Below the pieces are notes generated by a model. The model had not been told where the DNA came from. It worked only from the letters and a program-made list of their open reading frames with translations, and searched no databases. 64,000 nucleotides of DNA from Octopus sinensis (lineage: Eukaryota): assembly GCF_006345805.1 (NCBI RefSeq), contig NC_043002.1, forward strand, positions 73,098,001 to 73,162,000, given 5' to 3'. Positions within the stretch are counted from its first letter, which is position 1. Every line of letters starts with the position of its first letter. This document shows, one piece after another, positions 39,660 to 52,257 of the stretch. Both the position numbers and the translations under genes were made by a program.

Positions 39660-39935
39660 TAAACCTTAGATTCATGTCCATACCAACAGCCATGTTCCCA
39701 CTTATAGCCTTGCTTGCACTTATAAATATGCCTTCATCAATAGTCATGTCTACACTCAGCCCTGCCTTCACTCATAGTCATGTTCTCACTTATAGCCTTG
39801 CCTGCACTCATAGATATATCCTCATCCAGAGTCATGTCTGCTCTCACTCACAGCCATACTTCCATCCCTTGCCATATTCATACCCACTGGCATTCCCTCA
39901 CCCATAGCGATGTCTACTTCCATAGCTATCTAGCA
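39660..39935. repeat. Decayed hexamer-based tandem repeat with a ~89-bp higher-order unit
   Basis: Recurrent CACTCATAGTCATG/CACTTATAGCCTTG; the AGTCATGTCT...CACTTATAGCCTTG block occurs twice. Confidence 0.65.
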
Positions 39936-41014
39936 TACCCTTAACTGTTCTTGAATTCATTCATTTGGAAGTTTAATTTCTTTTGGTTTTTTTGTAATGT
40001 TTGCATGTGTAGGATAATATTTCAGAGAAGTAAAATATCTTGACAGTGTTGGTGCCATGTAAAAAGCACCCAATCTGCTCTGTAAAGTGGTTGGCATTAG
40101 GAAGGGCAGCCAGCTGTAAAAGCCATGCCAAAACAGACAGTGAGGCTTGGTGCAGTCCTCTGGCTTGCCAGCTCCTGTCAAACTACCCAATCCATACCAG
40201 CATGGAAGACGAATGTTAAATGATGATGATGATGATGATGATGATGATGGCAATGATGCTGAGGGGGAGGAGGAGGAGGAAGAAAAGAGGGATTTGTTTT
40301 TAAAAATTTAGAAAAATATTTACATATTAAATTACAAATAATGTAGGTTTAAATTATTAAATTTACTTTTTTTTTTGTACTATTGATTATTCAAAATCAT
40401 GTTCTAGAAATGTTTACCAAAAAATATAAAATGCAAAGAAACAAAACTGACATTAACTTTTCTGTGAGCCCTCTAGAAATTACATACAGTTCCATTAAAA
40501 AGAAAACAAGGCATATTTAAAATGTTTAATTAATCAGAGCATGAATGGAAGCTGCATATCTCATGTGGAACTAAGTGTTTTCCAAACACATCTAAAATTC
40601 CAGGCTTTAAGTCTAGCATAATGATGTTTCTTGATATCTGTAACTTTCTTATAACCAGAAACCTACGTTTATAATGATTAAGCAGACATTTTGATAATGT
40701 CTTGGAGTCTGTAAAAAGAAGCCTTGGGTAATTTAGTATGTCTAATGTGATGTAATTTAAAGATTTTCAGTGTTATTTTGTGGAACACCAGCAATAAGAC
40801 TGGTAAACATTAGACTAGGTTACCTTTGAATAATTCAGTAAATTATATTGTATGTCTCAAATACGTTTACCTCTCATTTGTATATGTATATGCATGAGTG
40901 ATTGTGTATTCTATGTGTCTGTGTGTAATATATAAGTTATATATTTATAATATATTCCCACCTACACCAGCATGGAAGGTGGATGTTAAATGATGATGAT
41001 GATGATAATGATGA

Positions 41015-41076
<62 letters not shown>

Positions 41077-42219
41077 GTATATATCATCATCATCGTCATC
41101 ATCATTTAGCGTCTGTTTTCCATGCTGGCATGGGTTAGACGGTTTGGCTGAAACTGATAAGCTGGAGAGCTGCACCAGGTTCCAATCTGATTTGGCATGG
41201 TTTCTATGGCTGGATGACCTTCCTAATGCCAACCACTCCAAGAGTGTAATGGGTGCTTTTTACATGCCACCAGCACATTGATTATTTAGCCCTTGGGCAG
41301 GGGACCAATTCACATGGTATCATGCCATGTCCACCACATAAATGTGTGACACATGTCTAGAGGCAAGCCTATCTCTGAGTCTTGTATGCCTTAAGCCTCG
41401 ATACTAGGAACCTTAAAAGGTAATGTCAACTCAGTCCAGATGTACCTGAGGATAATGGTATCTAAAATAATACTTCAGGTTCCCTAAAATTCCTGAATTT
41501 TCAAATTGGAACCTCATTACTGGTTGCAGTTTTAATGTCTCTCCCAGGACTACATAACAATATATCAGGACTACATAACAAGATTATTCCTTTATCATAA
41601 CTAAACACTCTGATGCTTACTATGGTCATGCAAGAATGAAAAAAATATGCTAGCAGACAATATATTTTGGAATCTATATATTGAAGAATATATAGAAAGA
41701 ATACAACAGTCTAATGATACGAGGATAAAATTTAACGGTCAATACTTGTAATTACATAAACAAACCAACTTACAGACAAATATTGATGTATTTCTATGAA
41801 TATATTAAAGATTGCGAAGATTATAAAAATAGGGAAGAATATAAACTGGTGTAGACTAAAAAATATATAAAAAAACAAAAAACAAACATCTGTGGTGTTT
41901 GTAAGTATGTGTGCTTGTATATGAACATGTGTTTGTGTATATAAATACACGCATACATAGTGTTAATTGGCAGAAAGAAGTAACAGAGTGAGTCTAGAGC
42001 AGAGAATTTTGCCTATGTATGAAAGTGTTAGCCCTTGAGTTACTCTGTATCTTCTATCAATAAAATATATACACACACACACACACACACAACGTAGATA
42101 TTTTTAAAGCTTTGGCTTTGTAAATAACTTGGGTAACTCTACATAAAATTTTATTGTAATAATTACTGCTCTACTTTTTAGAATGTGCTCCTTTCTGATA
42201 TATGTTATTTTATTAACTC

Positions 42220-42244
<25 letters not shown>

Positions 42245-42264
<20 letters not shown>

Positions 42265-42455
42265 CGAGAATTCACAAAAAAATACAAAATACGAAGACAG
42301 GTGGTGTAGACAACAAACATATGTATTAGTATAACGCTTGGGAAGTGAAAAAGTCTTTAACATTTTGAGCCTATGCTCTTCCACAGAAAGGAACACAGAA
42401 AGAAACAAGGAGAGAAAATGAAGAATGTGTAGTGGCTAGCGATCTATCATGGCTA
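42245..42455 (-). mobile_element. Penelope-like terminal fragment with a degenerate hammerhead core
   Basis: Reverse complement CTTT-CTGTGGA-A-GAGC-ATAG-GCTC-AAAATGTT-AAAG has hammerhead spacing (stem II GAGC/GCTC, stem I CTTT/AAAG) with mutated core bases. Confidence 0.55.
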
Positions 42456-42461
42456 CATATA

Positions 42462-43540
42462 TAGGATGCAATGGATAAATTGTCACCATTTTATATTTTT
42501 AATTTCATGCATGCACATTGCTTGTTTTTGAATTTGTCGACTACACAGTATAGTAGGGTCAGTTTGGCACCATCTGTGAGAAAAACAGCACCATGATTTA
42601 ATTCACTCTACCAGAAATTTGGAAATGATATGTTGTACTGCTTGGCATTCATGCTGGATGCTCCAATACAAACAGATGGTGAACACACAAAATAACCATT
42701 GGCTTGCCGTGTCCCCAAAACATGTGCTGAGAGTGATAACAGTCAAACATCCAGTCAACATCATGGTGTTGGAGTGATCACTAGTGATGGTGACATTATG
42801 CCTCCATTCATCTTCTCACACGGTTTCAGACTGAACACAGAGGCCTGCATCAAGTGCCTGAAGGAGGTAGGGCTACCTTGGGTCATGAGGGTGGCTGCTG
42901 GAAGATCCTATGTGTAGCAACAGGACCCTGCACCATGCCACACAAGCAGGAGAACCCAGCCATGGCTGTCAGACAATTTCTGTGACCACATCTCCCCTAA
43001 CATCTGGCCACCTAATTCCCCAGACTACAACCCCCTTGGTTATTATGTGTGAAGTACATGCTCGGAATGGTCAGTGGCAAGAGAGGAAGAGGCCGACCAA
43101 GAACCCGCTGGCTTGACAACATCAAGAGTGATACCGGAATGGACATAACCAATCTGAAAGAAGCGGCCCAGGATAGAACTAACTGGAGGACACTGGTCCA
43201 ACGAGTAACCGAGAGTCGACTTCGACTGAGCGGATAGATAGATAGATACAGTTGAGCAAGAGACCAACAGAATTCCTTGTAACACCAAAAATGAACTGAA
43301 GGCAAGGATTATGGCAGCATTCACAACTTAAACAAGGAGACCACCCAGAAGAGTTGCAGGAGATTCTGAAGTCGTCTGGAGGCTGTAATCGAAGCCACTG
43401 GTGATTTTATTGAATAAATCTACCCATTAGTATTTCAGGATATTTTCATGCAATTTTGGTAAATATATCTGTTAAAATGAGATGTCAGTGTTATTTTCAT
43501 TTTTGCGTAATATAGGCAACAATATGTTCACCACAACCTG
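42462..43540 (+). mobile_element. Decayed IS630-Tc1-mariner DD37D (maT-type) transposon, internally deleted
   Basis: GVITSDGDIMPPFIF...YV*QQDPAPCHTSRRTQPWLSDNFCDHISPNIWPPNSPDYNPL(G)YYV...RLEAVIEATGDFIE*. There are 37 residues between the QQD aspartate and the position of the third D (now G). Imperfect TIRs TAGGATGCAATGGATAAATTGTCACC / CAGGTTGTGGTGAACATATTGTTGCC (reverse complement), with TA on both sides; stops and frameshifts. Confidence 0.9.
43059..43250 (+). mobile_element. 5'-truncated RTE (BovB-like) LINE 3' end nested in the mariner
   Basis: Open frame LGMVSGKRGRGRPRTRWLDNIKSDTGMDITNLKEAAQDRTNWRTLVQRVTESRLRLSG* followed by a (GATA)n tail; splits the transposase between ...AGT ACA and GTT GAG, with TACA on both sides. 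Confidence 0.9.
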
Positions 43541-44120
43541 TATATGTAGAGTTCATTTAAAAATTAAATTTATCCCATGACTCTAGTTTTATGCTCTCTT
43601 GATCTTCATGTGTGTGTGTGTGTGTGTGTTTCCACAGGGTACAATGACAAAATGAAAACAATAAAACTGCATGAATTGAATCATCCTCTCATGAAATAGT
43701 CAATATAACAGGTTGTTGTTCCTCTAACAAAGCGTGCTTTGTGCTGTTCTCTCTCTCCTGACCCCGTGACTCAGCAGACACCCCCTTTTCCTTAAAATGG
43801 TGTTTCCTCTCTTTTGTTTCAGTTCAATAATACAAATCTGTAAGGTTTTTATTGTCCCATGCTCCTCAGTTGTTCTCTCTTATGTTTGGATTTCATTGAG
43901 TGGTCTTCTCTATTTGCATTTCAGTTCATTTTCTTTGTGCTTGTGTGTGTGTGTGTTAGAAGGTCTGTGTGGTTTTTGTCTCTAGTTACCCTTGACATCA
44001 GTAATAGCTTTCTTAACATGCATAGCAAGCAAAGCTATACCTAGGTAGATCACGTTCTATTCTAGTGGAGGTTTCTCCCTCTCATACTTTCTCTCCTATA
44101 AACAAACTAGCCATTAACTG

Positions 44121-44506
44121 TAGGCACAGGAGTGGCTGTATGGTAAGTAGCTTGCTTACCAACCACATGGTTCTAGGTTCATTCCCACTGTGTGGCACCT
44201 TGGGCGAGTGTCTTCTACTATAGCCTCGGGCTGACCAAAACCTTGTGAGTGGATTTGGTAGACGGAAACTGAAAGAAGCCCGTCGTATGTATGCATATAT
44301 ATATGTATGTGTTTGTATATGTTTGTGTGTCTGTGTTTGTCCCCCCAACATCGCTTGACAACTGATGGTGGTGTGTTTGCGTCCCCATAACTTAGCGGTT
44401 TGGCAAAAGAAACTGATAGAACAAGTACTAGGCTTACAAAGAATAAGTTCTGGGTGGTGCTCCAGCATGGCCACAGTCAAATGACTGAAACAAGTAAAAA
44501 AGAGAG
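44121..44506 (+). mobile_element. SINE family A, best-preserved copy (used as reference)
   Basis: tRNA-like head (A box TGGCTGTATGG, B box GGTTCATTCC), CACCTTGGGCGAGTGTCTTCTAC core, internal TA/TG tract, ...GACTGAAACAAGTAAAA tail. Confidence 0.92.
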
Positions 44507-45470
44507 TAACCCTCTCATGACAATATTCCTAATGAATGCTACCTTTGTACTTCAATTAATTTTGAAAATAATCAAGAATTTTGGACTATTTAGTTAAACA
44601 ATCATTCTTTTTCTGTTATAAAGTTGACATCAGGAACATAATGTAAACAGTCCTTAGTCAAAACTGGTGGAAGATTTTAATTTACCCCTGTTGTTTTCAT
44701 ATTTTTGTTGCTATACACTACCTTTATTTCAACTGATTTTTAAAATATTGAATGATTTAGTTAAATAATTTTGTTAATTAGCCAATTATCTCATCATTTG
44801 TTTGATTAATCTATCAATTAATCTATTAGCTAGATTCGTCAAAGTTATTTTGTTGCCCAAGACAGACCAGAAAGAAGGACTTTGACAAACTTAGCTAATT
44901 TTGTCATTATTAAGACAATGTGTGAAATATAAATTAACATAAAATTTTAATGGAAAAATATAATTTAGATAATTTTTAAAACAGGAAGTTTTTGTCAAAG
45001 AACCAAGGGTGGTCTCAAGTGAATTAGTAATTAGAAAGGGTTAAATATGAATAATTTGAAACAATAATTTTCTTGTATCATAGAGTCAGTGGAGGTGCAA
45101 TGGCCCAGTGGTTAGTACAGCGGACTCATGGTCGGAGGATTGCGGTTTCGATTCCCAGACCAGGCATTGTGTGTGTTTATTGAGCGAAAACACCTAAAAG
45201 CTCCATGAGGCTCTGTTAGTAGGTGGTGGCGACCTCTGTTGTACTGTGTTGCCACAACTTTCTCTCACTCTCTCTTCCTGTTTCTTGAGTAACACTGCGA
45301 TGGACTGGTGTCCCATCGAGCTGGGTGGGGGGAATACATATGCCACAGAAACCGGGAAACTGGGCCCATGAGCCTGGCTAGGCTTGAAAAGGGCAACATT
45401 TATTTATTTTTTTTTTCATCATAGAGTCAGAAATAGTCTCAGATGGATTGGTAACAAAAGGGTTAAGTTT
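44505..45470. mobile_element. TTAA-ended (piggyBac-like) MITE copies; same family near 4355-4470, 55260-55510 and 56065-56220
   Basis: Ends AAAGGGTTAA at ~45045 and ~45466; shared AT-rich body (TTAATTTTGAAAATAAT...AAACAGGAAGTTT). Confidence 0.55.
45090..45417 (+). mobile_element. SINE family C, full length, with a 13-bp TSD
   Basis: ATCATAGAGTCAG at 45077-45089 and 45418-45430; tRNA-like head and T-rich tail. Confidence 0.93.
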
Positions 45471-46371
45471 TATGAACTTTTGCAATTTAGAAAATGCTGC
45501 AACTATTTTGAGGCAGAACAAAAAGTCAAATAAGGCAGTCAGTATGATTTTTTTTTACTCTTTATGACTCATTGTAGATATTCAGCAAATCTTTTTCCTT
45601 CTTTGGTATTGTTCTTTATTCTTTGTTTGGAATGTTTTATTTCTCCTTATTGGGTAGGTAGTTTTGCGTGTATTATTATTGACCTTTATTAGGTGGCTTT
45701 CTTGTATCAATATTGACCTTAGTCAGGGATAAACATTTGTAAAATGTCCTGTATTTTATAGTTACACAGCTGAAAGGCTGGCAAAAAAATCACGTGTTTT
45801 GGAGTTACAGCTTTATAGAGAGTTGATCTGATTTGGAATAGGTTGGCGTCATACAGTTGTATGTAATTGAGCAAAACCCATCTGACGAGATATGAAGAAT
45901 AAACTTTGAGACATTTTTATTGGTGTTGTCAATGCTGATGATGATAATGTTGACAAAAATGGTGATGATGGCGATGATGATGATGGGATGATAGCGATGA
46001 TGATGATGATGTTGACAAGATTTGAACGACATTTCCTTTTTAGGGGTGGGTCATATAATGTCAATTCTCCCACGCATGCAAATAGGTTCTAATTCCATCT
46101 TCAAAATCTAAACATCGCAGTGAGTGAAATTCTTGAAGCTAAAAGTAGGAAATGCTGAAATGAAAGCTTTGCAACATTTGTGACAACTTGGATACTGAAA
46201 ATTACATTAGACATTTTTCCCATCCATATATAGATACGTATATATATATATATATAAATGAACATTAAATGATGATGACGAAGATGAAATAATAAATTAA
46301 AAAAACGAGGATATATATGTAAATGAACGTTAAATGATGATGATGATGAAAGGTGTGTGTGTATGTCTATA

Positions 46372-46590
46372 TATACTCTCTTTACTCTTTTACTCTTTTA
46401 CTTGTTTCAGTCATTTGACTGTGGCCATGCTGGAGCACCACCTTTAGTCGAGCAAATCGACCCCAGGACTTATTCTTTGTAAGCCTAGTACTTATTCTAT
46501 TGGTCTCATTTGCCAAACCACTAAGTTACAGGGACGTAAACACACCAGCATCGGCCGTCAAGCGGTGTTGGGGGGACAAACATATGCACA
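46372..46590 (-). mobile_element. SINE family A, 3' half
   Basis: Consensus match. Confidence 0.85.
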
Positions 46591-47526
46591 CACATTCATA
46601 CATATATATATATATATGTATGTCTTTCATCCTTATGGGGTCAATAAAATAAAGTAGCACTCAAATGCTGGGAGTTGATGTAATCAACTAACCCTCTCTC
46701 ACTAAAATTGCTGGCCTGGTGGCAAAATTTGAAATAGTTATTTGATTAGTACATATGCTATACTAAAGGTGGGGAAAACCCCTCACTCACAGGCAAAATT
46801 TTATCCAAATTCAAATTTTAAATCAACTACTGATGAAGTCTCTAAATGTCTAGGTGAAAATCCCAATTTAAAACCCTGAATAGCAATTTAATACAAATTA
46901 CATACCTATTAATTTCTAAAATTAAAGATTCATTATTTTTCTCAGTACAGGTGCACTTTTACAACTTTTTATGAACTTGTGACTTGCACTAAAAAAAGGG
47001 GGGTCCAAACCCTTGTGCCAAACAAAGGCTTAAGTGGGTCACATTTGAGTCTTTTGTTTTTTATTTTCTTTGCCAATTTAGACAAATCAGTGCAGCGTGC
47101 TTGTTTATCCTGTTAGTAATCCAATATTTGGCATTATAGTTAATCCATTGATTTTCTAGTGTACTGTTTAACTCGGATAGCTGATGCAGGTGGTGGCTAA
47201 ATTGATAGGACAGCGGCCAGTTCATATCCTGTCACCAGTGCAGCATTGTGTCTGTGACTGATATATTTATTTCTTGATAGAACTAAGTATATTGGTCAAA
47301 CAGGTATTTTGGTCAAACAGTAGAAGTGATTCCGTGTTGCAAGAAATGGTATTATAATAGAATGGAATAGTATTATGCTTTTGTTTTTGTTTTTTTTTTC
47401 TTTTGATCAGTGTCTTCTACATAAAGCAACCAATCCCTGCTATAACAGTTCAGTCGCCTATGAAAGGGTGATTTATCTCTAATCATCCTTACATCACAAA
47501 AACAAGAAATTATCCAGGATCTAACC

Positions 47527-47769
47527 CAGTGCTTCTCCACTAGTGTCCATTTAACCCTTGGGGCCCACAGAAGTTTTTGTTGTTTATGTGCAGCAAATTG
47601 GTTATGCTCCTATAATACTCAAAATATTTCAATAATCTTTTTTTATACAATTCATAACAATGTTTAATTATAAAAACATAACAGAATTTTTTAAACACCA
47701 AATGACTTATGAGGGGCCTTTAGATAAAAAAGGGTCCATTGATAAAAAAAAAATGGTTGAAAACCACTG
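47527..47769. mobile_element. hAT (Charlie-like) MITE
   Basis: Termini CAGTGCTTCTC...GGTTGAAAACCACTG; 8-bp TSD ATCTAACC (47519-47526) / ATCTAACA (47770-47777). Confidence 0.8.
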
Positions 47770-47908
47770 ATCTAACAGATCCATATCCTTCAGAAGGGAT
47801 TAAGCTTAGCCTTAATTTTAATAAGTTTCTAATATGATAATAATTATAATCCATATAGTTTCTAATTATCATTTACTTCATTACACATACATTAATATGA
47901 AATAAGAA

Positions 47909-48124
47909 GGCAGCGAGCTGGCAGAAACATTAGCATGCCAGACAAAATGCTTAGCGGTACTTCATCTGTCTTTACGTTCTGAGTTCAAATTCCACCGAGG
48001 TTAACTTTGCCTTTCATCTTTCGGGGTTGATAAATTAAGTACCGGTTGTGTACTGGTGTTGATCTAATTGACTGGCCCCCCTCCCAAAAAATTTCGGGCC
48101 TTGTGCCTAGAGTGGAAAAGAATA
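47909..48124 (+). mobile_element. SINE family B
   Basis: GGCAGCGAGCTGGCAGAAAC...GTGCCTAGAGTGGAAAAG. Confidence 0.9.
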
Positions 48125-49717
48125 ATATGAAATATTTCTATAATCTAGCTAACAATTTATTTTGATCAGAGACTACATGTTGGACTTGAAGTAATTATAT
48201 ATTACATCATGGAAAAACCATTTTAGCCATTTAAGAACTCACAAATAATGTTATAGTGATTCTATGTTTTTTTTTTGTTTTTTTTTTGAGATGTTAAAAT
48301 TTTTGTCTTACTTGTATAACCTGGTCACTGATTCAATACTCCTGACACTTTTGAAAATTAAATACTGATGAGGTTTTATTGGTCTCAAGAGTGTATTTTA
48401 CTTGCTTTTTTTGTGTCTTTGACATGGCACCAATAGATGTTATGGACTGTTTGATCTGGGCTGCCATTAGTCATTCTTAGGTTCAATTCCTTTGCATACA
48501 TATTTATATACATAGAGGAATTATCAATATATGAACCTAAAAATGACTAATAGTGGCTCAGATCAAAAGGTCAAGCAAGTATACTGTAGACCCTTATGTT
48601 TGAAAGGTCAGCAAAAAATAAAGAAAGAAAGAAAGAAAGAAAGAAAGGAAGGAAGTGGAATAATAAGGTTTATAAAAACAAGCCTGCAACTGATTTTCGA
48701 ACACTTGCAGTGGATTGGGCAAATGGCCAAGTCATGGAGGTGCTATGAAAATTCTGTCACCTCAAGAAATGAATACAAAATGAATATAACAGTTTTCATG
48801 TATTGTTAAATAGCTAGCAACTATATTTCTGGTAAAACATTAACCATAAGCAGTAGAGTAGTTTGTTCTTTTAAATATTTTCACATTTTTTTATTTATGC
48901 ATTTTATATCGCATTTTGTGAACAATAGTGCCAGTAGTTATAGAATTAATTTCGACAGAAGAACCAATCACTAGCTCACTACATTTACATTTTTACCACA
49001 ATATCAAGATTGAGCAGAACAAATACATGTTATTTTTGTTTAGAAGCATCAGCTTATTGTGGGGGGGTTTTCTCAACAATGCTCTTTCTTAGACAGTTGC
49101 TATTTTATAACTTTTATTTTTCTTTCATTTCCTCAAAGATGAAGACTGTCATATTATCTGTTCTACCTTTCAGAATAGTATGTTACACAAGTTAAAACCA
49201 CTTTTTCAACCAATTTATTATTCTTCTCCTGTAACTTGTTCAACAACATACCTAATATTCTATCTAAGCAATTATACAGCAATAATATTCTGTAATTTGC
49301 CAAAAGATATTTTTAGCAATTTTCCTGATATTCAAAGAAAATGATATTAAAAATTAGCTGATTAATTTTCAGTGTAATTCACTAATTGTTTTTTCTATTT
49401 TGATTGATTGATTTGGGGATTTGGGGTTTGAAAAATGTTGTGTATTGTATTTGTTCATTACATAATCTCAAGCGTCAATTTAACATCCACTTTTCCCTGT
49501 TTACCTGGGTCAGACAGACCATATCAAGTCAAATTTTCTATAGCTGGATGCCCTTCCTGTCACCAACCCTCACCTCCTGTTTCCAAGCAAAGTAGTTTCC
49601 TTGATGGCTGGATAGATTCTTGCAGAGGTATTGGTGATGAATAAATATTGCTTGTATGACAGAGATAACATTTACAACTGTCACATGATGTCAAGGTAAC
49701 GAGGTACAAAAACACAT

Positions 49718-49751
<34 letters not shown>

Positions 49752-50313
49752 TTATACAATATAGGAAGGATGTCCAGACAGAAACTATGACAAAACAGAC
49801 AATTGGAGCTTGGTGCAGCTCTCTGGCTGGTCTACTCCAGTCGAACTGTCCAACCCATGCCAGAATGGAAAACAATCACTAAATGATGATGATGATGATG
49901 ATGATGATGAGCTTCTTTTAGTTTCCATTTACCAAATCCTCCTACAGGGTTTCATCCATCCCGAAGCTATAGTAAAAGATATTTGCCTAGTGTACCACAC
50001 TATGGACTGAACCAGAAACCATGTGGTTGGAAAATAAACTTCTTAACCACCCAGCTGTACCTGTACCTACAAGCTGTATCAGCCTCAGAACAAAGAACAT
50101 CCAGTTCTAAATTAACTAACGGCTGTAATGGCAGTGAGTCACATGTCTCAGGTAAAAAAAAAAAAAAAAAGACTGTGATGTAAAAAGCCTTGTATTCATC
50201 ATTTGGTTCACTTCCTCATTTTATTGTTTCTATGTTATTAATATTGCATATATGTGTGTGTGTGTGTGTGTGTGTGTACGTGTATATATGTGTGTGTGTG
50301 TGTATATATATGT

Positions 50314-50344
<31 letters not shown>

Positions 50345-50464
50345 CTCATGCATATATGTGTATATATATATGTATATATATATATACACACACATACATA
50401 TATGAATATATATACACACACACACACACATATATATGTGTGTTTGTGTATGTATATGTATGTA

Positions 50465-50508
<44 letters not shown>

Positions 50509-51014
50509 AACATATGGATGTGCAATTAAGAAACTTGTTTTGCAACCATTTGGCTCTGGTTTTAGTCCCATTGTGCTGGACCTTAGGCAAGTATCTTCTA
50601 CAATATCCCCATGCTGACCATGTCAGTGAATTTGATTGCCACAAACTGAAAGATGCCTGTTGTCTCTGTGTAATATATGTGTATGCATATGTGTGGGCAC
50701 CCCATTGCCTTTTCATCGCAACAATGTAAAACAAGCATTTTTCATTTTCATTTTTATTTTCAATCATCCATGTAAAACATGTCTAGCCATGGAGGAATAT
50801 TACTTTGCTTGAAAACAAATGAGGGTTGGCAACAGGAAGAACATTCAACCATAGAAAATCCACTTCAACCAATTCGATTTAACGCGTACAAGCATGGAGA
50901 AGTGGACATTAAAATGATGATGGATGGATGGATTTTGTGTACATATGCCTGTACATGTATGTAAATGTATATATTTATGTAATACATAAATATTAATGGT
51001 TTCTAATGTTAATG

Positions 51015-51040
51015 TTGTTGTGTTTCTGTTGTCGTTGCAG
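51015..51040 (+). promoter_or_regulatory. Splice acceptor of the COX11 last intron
   Basis: ttgttgtgtttctgttgtcgttgcag directly precedes the codon where COX11 homology starts (GTA GAT ATG). Confidence 0.85.
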
Positions 51041-51187
51041 GTAGATATGCCAGTATTTTTCTACATTGATCCAGATTTTGTGGAGGACCCTAAACTGGAA
51101 AACGTTGACACAATAACACTGTCTTACACATTTTTTGAAGCGAAAGACGGACTTAAGCTACCGATGCCTAACTATATCACCAGTTAA
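51041..51187 (+). CDS. COX11: Cytochrome c oxidase assembly protein COX11 (CtaG family), terminal coding exon only (phase 0)
   Basis: Translates VDMPVFFYIDPDFVEDPKLENVDTITLSYTFFEAKDGLKLPMPNYITS*, matching the conserved COX11 C-terminus (human ...EEVDMPVFFYIDPEFAEDPRMIKVDLITLSYTFFEAKEGHKLPVPGYN, recalled). Preceded by a T-rich acceptor ending GTTGCAG at 51040; TAA at 51185-51187. Confidence 0.95.
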   Translation, partial: VDMPVFFYIDPDFVEDPKLENVDTITLSYTFFEAKDGLKLPMPNYITS

Positions 51188-51295
51188 AAGTACACTTCCA
51201 TTATGCATACCACCTTTGGCAGTGAGTTTCTGCCAACTGTACTTATGTTATTTACGATGTTGTTTTGATTATGGTTTATATTACAGTATATGAGA

Positions 51296-51301
51296 AATAA
51301 A
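51296..51301 (+). promoter_or_regulatory. Candidate polyadenylation signal of COX11
   Basis: First AATAAA about 110 nt after the stop codon, followed by T-rich sequence. Confidence 0.5.
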
Positions 51302-51863
51302 TGTGCTTAGCATAATTATCTGCTACCCATGGCATGATATATGAAACAAGTTACACTTTTTACTTCGTAGATACTGGTTTCTTTCTGTGACTGCTCTACA
51401 CTAAATGATTTATGGCTTTTTGCTGTATGTTTGGTGTATTTGCAAAGAAGTGAATTTTAGATAGCAATAGGGATGAAATTGATATAATGAAACCTTCTGA
51501 AAATGTAATCCTTATTTTATTTTTTTTTGTAAGCTATCTTTATAGTTGAAAATATATACATATATTTCTGCAAATTATATGTATATATATATATATAATA
51601 TTAGAATCATAAAATCATGTATTGACTCATTTTAAGAAATTCATTTAAACTTGGAAATGAAATAGTTAATAAATTACACTACTTCTACTACTACTACTAC
51701 TACTACTACTGCCACCACTGTTTCTAGCTTAGGTAAAGAGCCAGCAATGATGAAGGTGGTGGGTGAGTAATTGATACTGTCAATTCCAATATTTGACTAG
51801 TGCTTTATTTTACTGACCCTGAAAAGATGGAACTCAGAATGTAAAGTGCTGGAAGTAGAAAAG

Positions 51864-51897
<34 letters not shown>

Positions 51898-52257
51898 GAA
51901 TGTTTTCAGATAGGTACACATAATTTCTGGTTTTCATTATCTGTTTTATATTTTTAACAGTTGTGTTTCCACTGACAATAATTTTTTAAAATAAAAATAA
52001 AAAAGTTGTTAAAACCAAAAATGCTTTTGTTTTTTTTTTGCTTCATTTCAACGTTTCCATTGAGTTTTTATTATTATTATTATGAGAATATCTACTAAAG
52101 TACATTTGTTAGTGCTGCAGAAGATCTTTGTTAAGGGTATATATATGTCTGTGGAGTACTCAGCCAGTTGCACGTTAATTTCATGAGCAGGCTGTTCCAT
52201 TGATTGGATCAACTGGAACGCTTATTGTTGACAGAGTGCCAAGTTTAGTTGTTGGAC

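Noticed and set aside
39589-39907. ORFs 39589..39771 (-) and 39638..39907 (+)
   Set aside because: Explained by the decayed hexamer repeat; no homology recognised.
47411-47467. Acceptor/donor-bounded segment upstream of the COX11 exon
   Set aside because: No frame resembles COX11 (it should end ...CFCFEEQRLNPxEE), and the donor is weak.
382-50767. The many 60-186 aa ORFs rich in YI, HT, CV, SL, poly-C, poly-H or poly-N
   Set aside because: They are translations of TA, CA, CT and trinucleotide microsatellites, which lack stops in some frames; there is no domain signal.
50996-51040. ATG-initiated N-terminal extension MVSNVNVVVFLLSLQ of ORF 50996..51187
   Set aside because: This is intron sequence (branch and polypyrimidine region) ending at the AG acceptor; homology starts at 51041.
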